Of a stretch of 64,000 nucleotides of DNA, positions 51,698 to 62,845 are shown piece by piece. Position numbers and translations under genes: made by a program. Each line of letters begins with the position of its first letter. Positions within the stretch are counted from its first letter, which is position 1. The notes below the pieces were generated by a model that did no database searches, was not told the DNA's origin, and worked only from the letters and a program-made list of their open reading frames with translations. The stretch is from NCBI RefSeq assembly GCF_036588685.1, contig NC_086379.1, positions 62,930,001-62,994,000 on the forward strand, in the 5' to 3' direction. Origin of the DNA: Mytilus trossulus. Lineage: Eukaryota.

Positions 51698-54600
51698 CTA
51701 TATAAAATCGAAAATCGATACACATTCATCAATATAAAAATACATTTGATGAAGGTTAAAATAAATGTCAAAAGTTCACGACTGTATTTAAATCCGTTAT
51801 TACCGAATCAACTTTCTAATAATTACAACAGTTTTTCATTTAATTCTTCCAAGTTTTTCATGATATTGTCCGTACCTGGTCAACGGGGAATAAATTTGTC
51901 GACATTTGTGTAAATAATATAAACAGATCATTTGAACTCGTAGCATTTCATCTTTAGAAAATATCTATTGCTATTCTGTTTAAGCCGTGTTCAGTCTGCT
52001 GGCTTATTTAATTAGTTTAGCATAACGTGCTCCGGCCATTTACTGTGAACAAAAGAAGTATTCCCTTTTGACTGCCAGTGTAACAAATGATTATAGTCCA
52101 ATGGTAGTCTTAGATTTGAGTAGATGTAGTAATTCCTAGAAGACCTGACATTTACAAGACAATCCATCAATTGACGACGGTCTGAAATTTCACTAATAGT
52201 CTATGGTAGTTAACCTACTAAATTCTGTAAAAGAACAAATTAAAATCACATCAAACAAATAAAGATTATTCCCATTGGTACCAAATGACAAAAATGAAAA
52301 GTGACAACTAAAAAATGAAAATCAGCACTTGATTGACATTTTGTTTGTTGAAAAATTATGTCTCGTTAATTTTTTTTTAAATGTGCAAGTTGTAACTTTC
52401 AACAATATGTATACGATATACTAAAATAGTCATGTAGCAATATAATAACCCCAGTTATAGTATACATTGTGAAGATTAATGAATACGCTCAATCAGGAAG
52501 TGTTCTTGCTTTAAATATGTTAAACGATGGTTCAAGGACAGATTTGGTCATTAGTGAATCAAACAATCCAAATTAGAGTTAGAGATTGGTGTCATTATCA
52601 TTTTATGTTTCAACCTAATTCAGATATGTAAATGCTATGGCTGCAAAATACATCCACGAAACAATGATTCTCTGTGTATTGCTGGAATTGAAAAACCATG
52701 AACTTTATAAGTGCATAGTTTGAATCGTTCAAAGGAGTATGGCCACGAAGGGTTAAAAACGGCCCTGTCTCAGAAATTGACGAAATTAGTGCAGAATGAT
52801 CACTTACTATTGTAGTTCATAAAATGATAACCAATAGACTTGTAACTGTGTTTGTATGATTTTTCAGGGCGTCAGAAAAGACCAAGGTACAACGGTATCT
52901 TAGCCATTTGCGCGTAACGTTAAAAATTGTTTCCATTAACGTTCTAATGATTTTAAAACAATTTCACCAAAGGAATTTTTAAACAAAAAATCCAATGAAC
53001 CTGGTCAAAATATATTGTTGTTTTTTAAATTTATTAACAGAATCTATTTATATTAAGGTTAAAGCTGCACATACATATAAAATTGCTTCACATAGAATTT
53101 TGTATAAGTGGCCCTTATACTGGTTTTCTGCATCGACATTCACAAGCACAATACTATAGCATAGATTAAATTAAAAGTCATGCATGATTTTAAAACATAG
53201 ACAATGGATTCTTATATTGGGCAGAAGGAATTTAGATTTGAAGCTGTAAAATATCTCAACGAGCAATATTGTTGTAAAAAATGTAAGAGGATTGTTGATC
53301 ACACCACATCTTCTTATTTGTATATATGGAAAGAAAACCCGTGATTTACATACACACAGAAACGTGGAATTTCTAGTAAAAAAGTAAAGGATGAAAACAC
53401 AGATAAAGAAAACAATGTGTATAGGCAATACATAGCATTGCATGTACTTCATAAGCATAGAATGCATTATAATTATACAAAAGCCATCAGACACCAGAAC
53501 CACACGTGTACTCGAAAACATCATTCGCATTCCTGAGGAATACATGCTCCTGTGTTACGGATTTGTTTTCCGGTCATTGTTTTGTACATAATTTAGACAG
53601 TAAGTTTTCTTGTTTGATTTGTTTAACATTTGTAATTTCGTGGCCTTTCATGTCATCCCAGGGCCTTCAAAAACTGAATATACGGCATTTGTATCATTTT
53701 TATAGTACATGTAGTTGCTTAAATCCGCTTCATTCTGAATTCTATTGTTTCATAAACTAGAATCATACCACATCCTTTTATTCTATATTGATATTTGTTA
53801 TAAATTCATTGCAAAACTCTATAAAATCTTAACTAAACACCAATTGATAGATATTTTGATTACACTTGTGAATATACAGGCTATATGTTCTTTGTATATA
53901 CAGATTTGTTTTACTACTAGTTTATAAATTTAATGTATTTACCTCAAACCGCTCTTATGCAATGGAACATCAACAGTGGCCGATGTCCTTAATATAAATT
54001 CATATTAGTTTTTTCTCTTTGTTGTTTTTCATAATCAACCTCAGGGATAATTTATCTGACTTAACGATTCTTTTTATTTATTTCCCTTTCCTTGCTAATA
54101 ATGCTTTTTTGTTCTTTCTTAAGGCGTGTTTATTTCTTAGTTGGTTCGGTATTTTCGTGCTGCTTTTGGTGTCTTGGGTTTCAATAACTGAAATATTTTC
54201 ATAACTGCAAAAGGGATATATCTTAAGTTGGTCAAAACTTTTATTATATGTTATCCTTCAAATTTTGTTCCAGACTTAATAGACTTGTTGCAATAAGGTT
54301 TTGATAATGCTATTGTTGGTTAATCACTATGCCTGGGTTTTTTTTTTGGAAACCATCAATCGCTAATTTATAATTTGAAATGAAAGTAAATGTTTGGTTT
54401 TTTTTTCTGCACTCAAATTCTGTAATTTGTCACAGTCTAGACATTAAAAAAATCATATTTTCCCGTACTGTTTTAAATGAAGTTTTTGTGTGAAATTTTA
54501 TATGAAGTGCAGTAACCGATACGAGTATGTAGGATGGCATGATTTCATATCAGCAGGTTTAAAATTTTAATAAAAAGCTTGCTCTCAGAAAAGTAGTAAC

Positions 54601-55539
54601 ATTATTTGAAACGGTGTCAAATGTATATTATTGATTTATCTGTAATTGTCTGGTTTTCTTTCTTTAATTTACTATAATCTTAGAATTAAATGCTTTTTAA
54701 GGACCTTTTTATTGCTTATTATTTTATATTCGTATTTATACTGATATGGATAAAAGCGGGAAGTACAGAAATATCAAAAACTAGATTAAACTACCTAGAT
54801 ATTTATGTGTCTGTCCCAAAATTGAAACATTGTCTGCTGTTGACTAATCTTAATTGATGTTTGTTTAATGTTAAACTTTTATTTTTATTTTCATTTTTAG
54901 AATTGGTGTTCTTGGTAGACCTTTATCTGCGTAATTTAATATAAACAGAAAATATTTAATTTCCAAATTTTCACAGAACTTTTTTCTAAAATATCTTTAA
55001 AAAATCTTAATTTCAAATGCGCTTTAACTTTACCAGCCTGATATTCGCGTAGTTTGATATTAAAAAAAAACAAAAAAACTTAATTTCCAATTTTTCACAT
55101 GACTCTTTGTATAAATAATTTTTTTTTTTTTTTTTTTAAATTGATACTTGTTTATTCCAAATATTTCCTGTTTACAATTTCCTCAGTTGCCCAGGATGCA
55201 AACTGTGGATTCCCGTTTACATTTAAACCAACTGTCCGGGAAGCAGGAGGTTGAAAAATGTGCACTATATTATCCGAAAAAAATAGTATACATGTAATAA
55301 TACTTATATTCTTTTATATGACAATGAGTGAAAAAGGAATATCTTTATAGAATGTACTACTAGTGGTAAATAATATAACATTATAAAATCATAAACGAGT
55401 GCACCTATAAACCAGATTCACATAATATTTAAACATAATCGAGTGCATCTTTAAACCATGGATTACCGTAATCAATATAAATTAAAGAGATATAAAAAAA
55501 AACAGACAACATGACTGCTATCTCCTGCAAGGTATGTAC

Positions 55540-58500
55540 TTATAGTATGAAATTAATTAATGTGTTTATTTTCTCTTTGTCTAATGTATTATTTGATAAG
55601 TAACAGGGTACAGATTTCAGATGTGTTACCATGTATGATTTCCAAAGATTTAAAATATATGTAGAGGACATTTTTATCCCATCATATTTAATTTTGTTTC
55701 TTATTTTCCACAAGGACCATTTTGTCAAAATAAAAAATAGATTTACAAGTAAATTTTGGTTCGAGTGACCACTGCTAATTCCCAAAAGCATAAACTGTTT
55801 TAAATTATCATCATCTAATTGAATATTCCATAATGTAAAAATATCTTTGATTTTACTAATGATTAATTTTGTTGTATTGCAATCAAAAAATAAATGTTGA
55901 AGATTTTCAGTAATATTTACAGTTTGGCAAATATGACATTTTCCGTTTGACAATTGCATTTTTTAAGTCTACTTTCCGTATATATGATATTGTGAATGCA
56001 TTTCCATTGAAATTCTTTCATTTTATTGGTGATTTTAACTTTTTTCAAATTGCCCCATACTATTTTCCAATTAATTTCATGGCCATAGAATTCTTGCCAT
56101 TTAAGTTGACATTTTGGATATATATTCTTATTAATCATGTCTCGAATATATTTTAGTTTTAATTCTTTTGGTTTGATTATTTTCCCAAATCTGTCTAATA
56201 TAACCATTTCATTAGAAAGTTTCAATTCTATGTTTGGTTTCTTATTAATTTCATTATCAATTTCTAACATTTGTAAGAAGTCAATTGGTATTGCACTTTT
56301 AATTCTTGAAAATTCCGATATGCAGTTTCTTTTATCTACAAGTTTTTCAAATATAGAACAACAACTGTTAAATTTGTTGGTTTCTACATTCCATATGTCT
56401 TTGATATATTTCATGTTACTATTTAGAAAGGAAGAAAAAAACAATGGCTTATTTTGAAATGAAATTTTTGAATTACCAAATAGTCTCATATTAAGTACCT
56501 CGTTCTTAGTTTTGGGATTATCTCCAATTTTTAGAAAATTAGACCATGTAAAAATCATTTTCTGATAAAATAAAGGAATATTTTTAATATTTAGTCCTTT
56601 AATATTTGAACATTTACATAAAAAATACTGATCATTATACTTGTTGTCAAAGTGTCGAAGCCAATACTTGCCAATCGCATTCCAGCTTTCTAATGGTTCA
56701 TGGAGAATGCGATAAAGAGACTTTATTTGTTTACTTCTAATGAATAAGTCTATACTAATCATGCCCATTCCGCCCTTTGTTATATCAAGACAACAAACCT
56801 GTCTTTCTATTTGGTTAACTTTCCCATCCCATATAAAATTCCAAATAATATTGTTTATTTCTTTTGAATATTTTTCAAGAATTCCCCGCATTTCAATTTC
56901 ATAACTACACATGGGCAATATGAAATTTTTTACAATTAAGGTTTTACCACTAAATGAAAGTTTCCTGCTTTTCCAAACGTGGACACAGTTTTTAATCTTT
57001 TCTATTATACTTTGCCATATAGCATCATTATCAATTTCATATCCGTGATTTACTCCGAGGGTTTTTACACTACCTGTAATCCATTTAATTTTATTAAATT
57101 TTAGTTTTTTCCTTTTAAGAGATCCTATAAGTAAACCTTTGGTTTTATCAAAATTAATTTTAGATCCCGAAGCTTTTTCGTATAGCGTTAGGACATCAAA
57201 AGATTTTTCTACTGATTTCTCATTTTTGTTAAAAAGCTGAGTGTCATCAGCAAACATGCATAATTTAGTTTCTATACTTTTACCCCCCTCACCAGGTATT
57301 TGAATCCCTTCAATTTCCTTGTTACCTCGTATTGCACATGCCATTGGTTCTGCTTGCAAAATATATAGAAGGGGTGCTATTGGACAGCCCTGTCTGGCTG
57401 AACGTGTTATCGAAAAATATTTTGAAACATGTCCATTTGTTTTTATACAAGTAATAGCATCATAGAGTAGCATTTTAATCCATTGTCTAAATTTCCCCCC
57501 AAAATTAAACTTTTCTAATACAAAATCCACCCATTCCCATTCAACTCTATCAAAAGCTTTTTGTTGATCAAGAAATATTATTATTCCATCTTCGTCTTCG
57601 TTGTCAATATAGTCTATTATATCTTGAATTAATCTGTTAGCATCACTAATGTTTCTTCCTTTTACAAACCCTTTTTGATCTGAATGTATTATTTTCGGTA
57701 AGACTTTTTTCAGTCTCATTGCAAGAAGTTTTGCTATGATTTTATAATCGGTGTTAAGTAATGTAAGAGGTCTCCAATTTTTAATATTTTCCCTTTCACC
57801 ACCCTTATGTAATAACGTAAGAACCCCTTTATGTTGTGATTTACTTAAGACATTTTTAACAAATATTTCTTGAAGGAGTGTGAAAAAATCATTTTTTATT
57901 ATATCCCAATACAGTATGTAAAATTCAGATATAATGCCATCCTCACCTGGTGATTTGTTAGTCTTGAGATCTTTGAGCACTTTTTCTAATTCTTCCATAT
58001 TTATATTACTATCAAGCATCTCCTTATCGTCCGAACTTACCTTATTTTCAATAAATTGGCAAAGCTTTTCACCGCTATTTTTGTCCCACCCTTCAGCCGT
58101 AAAAAGTGTGGAATAGAAATTTACTTGTTCTTTTAATATCGAATCAATATCATATTTATACTCACCCGTTTTTGTTTTTATACGATTCCATAATTTGTTT
58201 TGGCCATTTTTCTTTTCTAAACTAAAAAAATATTTCGTTGATTTTTCACCTTCTTCTGACCATTTAATTTTTGCCCTAATTTTCGCAGATTCTGTCAAAT
58301 TTGTATAAATATCCTTAATTTCGCTTTCAATGTCGGTTATTCTAGAATTGGTGATACTTGTTTTTTCCTCTACTAATTTTAATGCTTCGAGTTGTTTTTC
58401 AAGTTTTTTAATGTGATTGTTATTATATACTCGATTTAGTGTTTTACTTACATCAATTGTTAGAAATTTTATTTTACTTTTGGTAATATCCCACCATTCT

Positions 58501-59379
58501 TGTATATCATTATATTTGTCTTTACTATTTTTCCATCCTTCCCAAAAGATTTTAAAAGCATTTGAAAACTGCTCAGATTTAATTGTATTTAAGTTCATAA
58601 TCCACATACCCGGCCCTCTTTCTATATCATCTAACTTAATTTTTTATGTAACTATTTCGTGATCACTAAATGGGAAATGAGATATACGAGTGTTAAATAT
58701 TTTACTATTCAAAGATTTGCTGCAGAAAATAAAATCTATACGAGACTTAGAATTTCCTCTCTGAAACGTATAACGTTTTGTATCTGGAAATCGAGATCTC
58801 CATATATCATCTAATTCATATCTCAATAAAAGATTTTTTAATTCAATTGTACCGACGTCATTATTTTGATGTGATGGCATTCTGTCTATTTTTTTGTCTA
58901 AAGTACAATTAAAGTCTCCTAATAATACGGTGTAGTGTTCAACGCTATCATCGTCATACACTTTATTTAAGTTGCGCAAATTTTCGTAAAAAGTCTTTCA
59001 ATCGGAACCGTTGTTCGGTGTATATACAGACGAGTTGTATATACATTAATAATATGATATACAGCATTATCTTTTTTATGTCACACATTTGACATCTTCC
59101 GTTTTCATCGTGATTTGTAAAAGTTACATTTTCAGAAAAATTCTTTTGCAAAAGGAATCCCACTCCCCTTGAATCAGAAGTTCCGCAATTCCAAACTGAT
59201 TCCCCTCCCCCAAATTTTTTCCAGTCATTACCCCAGTTATCAATATCAGATTTTGAACAATGTGTTTCTTGAAGACAAATAATATCGAACTTTTTTAAAA
59301 CTAACCAATTAAAAATCATATCTCGTTTTTTATTGTTTCGTAAACCATTTACGTTTATAGAAGCAATTGACAAAGACAT
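55540..59379 (-). pseudogene. Retrotransposon ORF2p (APE endonuclease, reverse transcriptase, CCHC), disrupted
   Basis: EN motifs SINVNG, LQETH, LLGDFN, SRIDF and SDH. RT motifs WRPLTLLNTDYKI, FLDQQKAFDRV, RQGCPIAP and FADD. C-terminal CHIC..HLFFDC. Lesions: -1 in A-run ~59072, 17-bp insertion ~59030, TGA 59000-58998, in-frame TAA 58646-58644, -1 in A-run ~55960. Confidence 0.93.
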
Positions 59380-59900
59380 ATTAAGATCGAATAGTTTTTT
59401 GTTTCTTTCTTTCGTCATTTAAATGTTTCACTTGAATGCTTTGAACCTGATTATATCTATTTGGAACAATAAACTTAACGGATCGTTTATGTGTATACCT
59501 TTGTGTAAACAAATCAGGTAAAACTTTAATCATAAAGCGTCGTTTAAAAACCGTATAAGGTGTAATAAACAGATTCTCATCATATAACAATACTAAGCGT
59601 CGTTTAAAAACCGTAAAAGGTATAATAAACAGATACTTATTCATCTTCTCAATATTTAACAATACAGTTTGGTATAGCTTAGCAATGTTTGCACTTTTTG
59701 CAATATATACATATAGGCATATAAACGAATTATTTTTAAATAACATATACATACGAAAAATATGTTTTAAAAAGTGGACATAATATTTACAGTGATACAT
59801 TTGTGTTTTTTGTTTGTTTTTTTTTTTTTTTGTTTTTTTTAAATATTTGTTTTTAACATTAAAATCAGATTAAGTAGTCTGAGTGTTTATTCACATGGGT

Positions 59901-61362
59901 TTAATCATGATCTATTCCTGTCTCTTTTCTTGATACTTTGGATGTCCGGTCTGCAGATGTTGGAGTAGTTTTGTCACTTCTGTTGCGTTTTCGATCAATC
60001 GGAGTGTTTGATACGACGACGTTTGTGTTTGGGCTATTTAGAAACTCACACAGTTTACTGTTAATTCTTTGTGCGCCCTCTGTGCTGACGTGTACCCCAC
60101 TACTGTCATTTTTATCAAACAATGTTCTGATTACAGCTCCGTGTTTATAAAATTGATCATTTATATCAACAAATGCTACAGATTGTTCTCGAACACAAAG
60201 TTTTTTCATGAAACTATTTACGTTTTTGGTTGTTTCATTTATTTTCTGAAACTGAGCGCCGTTGCCTTTTCGCGGTATGATATTGCAAAGGCCTATCTGT
60301 GTCTCTGGAAAGCTAGACTTTACACGATTGACAGCGCTTGTTACAAGAAGGTTTATTTGATCAGAGTCACTTTTATTTCTACTTATGTCGTTTGTGCCTA
60401 GACAGATAACAACCTTTTCAATATCTTTGTTTTCAGTTTTTTGAAAAGCTAGATCAATGTTTTGTTCAATTTTGTCAAAGGATCCTCCAGATATTGAAGC
60501 GTTCACTACCGAATCGTCGATATGTCCGAGCCTAATGCAATTAGATGCTCCAAGGAGAACAGACACCGTCTCTCGTTCACAATTTGTGTTGTCTGATGCG
60601 ATGGATTCCTTGTCGTCTTCGTCAGTGTGAATGTTTTTTGTATTGTCTTGTCTACCCTCTAATATTTCAGGACCATAACTGCCCAATTCCTTTTTTTCTG
60701 TTTCCTGTTTGTACTGTTCACAGTCTCGTCTGGCGTGACTTTTGGCGTTACAGTAAGAGCAGTAGGCTTCACTTGTACAGGCGCTAGCTACGTGACCTAT
60801 ACCACAACAATTGTAACATCTCTTTTGATTCATGAGACTTGGTTTGTCCTTACATCTGTATGAAGGATGACCTGTGATATGACAATAAATACATGGAGTG
60901 CGATTGTTATCAGCAAAAAGTTTTACTTCAAAACGACCAAAAGATGTTCTATTCGGAAGCACTGTATCACATTCCAAAATATCAATATACCGAGACCCAT
61001 TTTCGATGTTTGTGCCTTTTATAACGCCTCGTTTTAAAGAACCTGGAACCACCTTACCAAATCTAAGCATTTGAGCAACAATATATAAGTTGTCTAGTTC
61101 GTAAGGTGCGTCTTTTATCGTTACATGAGTAATTAAACTCTCTACTTCGTAAAATTTAACAGATCTGTCTCTTAGTGCGATGCCTTGAGCCGCTAGTCTG
61201 TCTTTACTTTCAGGGTTTTTTAGGGTTACTATGCAGTCTTTTTCAGTGATTTGAATTGATAATACATCCTCAATATCAATTTCCTTAGCAATTTCTGACA
61301 ATACATCATCATGGGATATCCCTTTGAGTCCCTTGGTGAAAAAATGTATAGATAACTGTCTG
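59901..61362 (-). CDS. Retrotransposon ORF1p: putative RRM-like N-terminus, 3 CCHC zinc knuckles, SGNH/GDSL esterase domain; start codon lost to 5' truncation
   Basis: Frame is open from the TSD junction (..QLSIHFFTKGLKG..) to TAA at 59903-59901. Knuckles CIYCHITGHPSYRC, CYNCCGIGHVASAC and CSYCNAKSHARRDC. SGNH blocks VLLGASN, SISGG, VVICLGTNDI and DSSGVHVS. The ORF track start at 61301 is a TTG. Confidence 0.88.
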
Positions 61363-61892
61363 TTTGTATAAATAAATTAAGTAATCTTAAATCTGTGAAC
61401 ATAACCTATCTTAAGGTTGTACTCCTCTGAGGAGCCGAAAAAAATCTATATTTTTTTTTTTTATTTTTGGTTTTATATGTAAACAAAACATTGATGAAGA
61501 CAAAATCATGTGGTGGTGCACTTCTTTTTGCTACGGCCCTTTGACGGTGCCAAATTTTAATGATTGTCCAATTTTTCATAAATTTTTACCCATTTTTGGG
61601 TTATTATCGTGAAGAAATCACAGTTCCAGAATTCAACTTTTTCCATACTTTCAATAGAGATCTGAATAAATTTAACTTAAAAAACACTCTAGGCAGGTCT
61701 TGATATATATGTTTTATCATATATTGGTGCTTTTTCATGTCAAATTTACCATATTGTCAATTTTGTATATAGTTTTGGGATAGTTGTAACTTTTAGGGTA
61801 TTCGTTAACAACCAATTGTGCAATAAACTGAATAATTATTAAAAAAAGATTTAAAAAAAATCATTTCTTGCAATCTTTACCCATTTTCTTAA

Positions 61893-62450
61893 AGTCATAT
61901 GAAACGAGTGAGTGGTGAAAAATAATGTTTGTCCAATTCTTGAACCAATGCATGTATACATCATAAACTTAGTCCTCTGTATACGATTTTATCATTATTT
62001 TTGCAAATATATCATATAATCGTCAAATTTTTCTCTCTGTTTGTTATGATTTAACAAATATGGCTGCTCATTAAATGCCGTGTTTTGAATCCGAGTTTTA
62101 CCGGTTATCACCTTATAGTAAACAAATCACAAAAAGCATGGGTATCGAGCACGTGTTTAACATGTATAATCAGATATTTGTTTATTGCAATGACAGATCC
62201 ATGCGTATTGTGGTCACCGGATTTTTACGAGGAGGGTAACGCTCGGGTCACTATGCATACGGAAAATATGTCGACGAATTGCTTCCTGAAAGCAAGCAAT
62301 TTGAAATAAGTAAACTTCTTCTTAATGTGTACAAATTAAAGAATTTTCTCAGAAAAAAGTATATGTACATAAGTTGTATAATGAAAACTATCAATTAAGT
62401 TAAAAAAAAACATATGCATATTTTTTTTTAATTTGAGGTTTCTTATGACT
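61893..62450. mobile_element. Non-autonomous TIR element (MITE) with TTAA TSD, Kolobok-like
   Basis: TIR AGTCATAWGAAAC (61893-61905 and 62438-62450, 12/13 match). TTAA at 61889-61892 and 62451-62454. Confidence 0.78.
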
Positions 62451-62537
62451 TTAAAAAATTGACTAAAAATTTACTTAATTGGTAACAAAATTTTAAAAAT
62501 GTATTTACACAAAAACTACTTATTGTATATGCTATAG

Positions 62538-62575
62538 CAGAGACGTATATACACATATGTGTATATATGTCTCTG
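62538..62575. repeat. 38-bp near-perfect palindrome
   Basis: CAGAGACGTATATACACAT|ATGTGTATATATGTCTCTG, one mismatch. Flanked by GCTATAG and GTTATAG. Confidence 0.85.
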
Positions 62576-62582
62576 GTTATAG

Positions 62583-62845
62583 TCAATGTGGTTATTTTTT
62601 ATACATTTCCTGTGTACAAAATTTTGAATTTTTCGAAAAACAAAGGATTTTCTTATCCCAGGCATAGATTACCTTAGCCGCATTTGGCACAATTTTTTGG
62701 GAATTTTGGTTCTTCAATGCTCTTCAACTTTTTACTTGTTTGGCTTTATAAATATTTTGATATGAGCGTCACTGGTGAGTCTTATGTAGACGAAACACGC
62801 GTCTGGCGTACTAAATTATAATCCTAGTACCTTTGATAACAATTT
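62583..62845 (+). mobile_element. Retrozyme-like element, partial, mutated hammerhead (62766-62809)
   Basis: Core reads CTGGTGA. Otherwise close to 47342-47536. Confidence 0.8.

Larger units (their letters stand above)
55119..61362 (-). mobile_element. L1/Tx1-clade non-LTR retrotransposon, near full length, 5'-truncated
   Basis: Poly(A) tail (T run 55119-55137) with AATAAA at 55156-55151. Identical 13-bp direct repeat TTTGTATAAATAA at 55106-55118 and 61363-61375 (TSD). Contains ORF1 (zinc knuckles) and ORF2 (APE endonuclease, RT, C-terminal CCHC). Confidence 0.95.

Noticed and set aside
52740-53117. Possible TIR element with GGCCAC..GTGGCC ends
   Set aside because: Only a 6-bp inverted match and no clean TSD.
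218-54204. Remaining 60-125-aa ORFs in the track
   Set aside because: Mostly low-complexity F/L/I/K-rich translations of AT-rich DNA or of repeat families B-F and retrozymes. Many have non-ATG starts.
55947-60787. Plus-strand ORFs overlapping the LINE
   Set aside because: Antisense shadows of ORF1/ORF2 with no recognisable motifs.
61355-61380. Junction-created splice acceptor that could exonise ORF1
   Set aside because: Weak pyrimidine tract and no upstream exon or expression evidence in the window.
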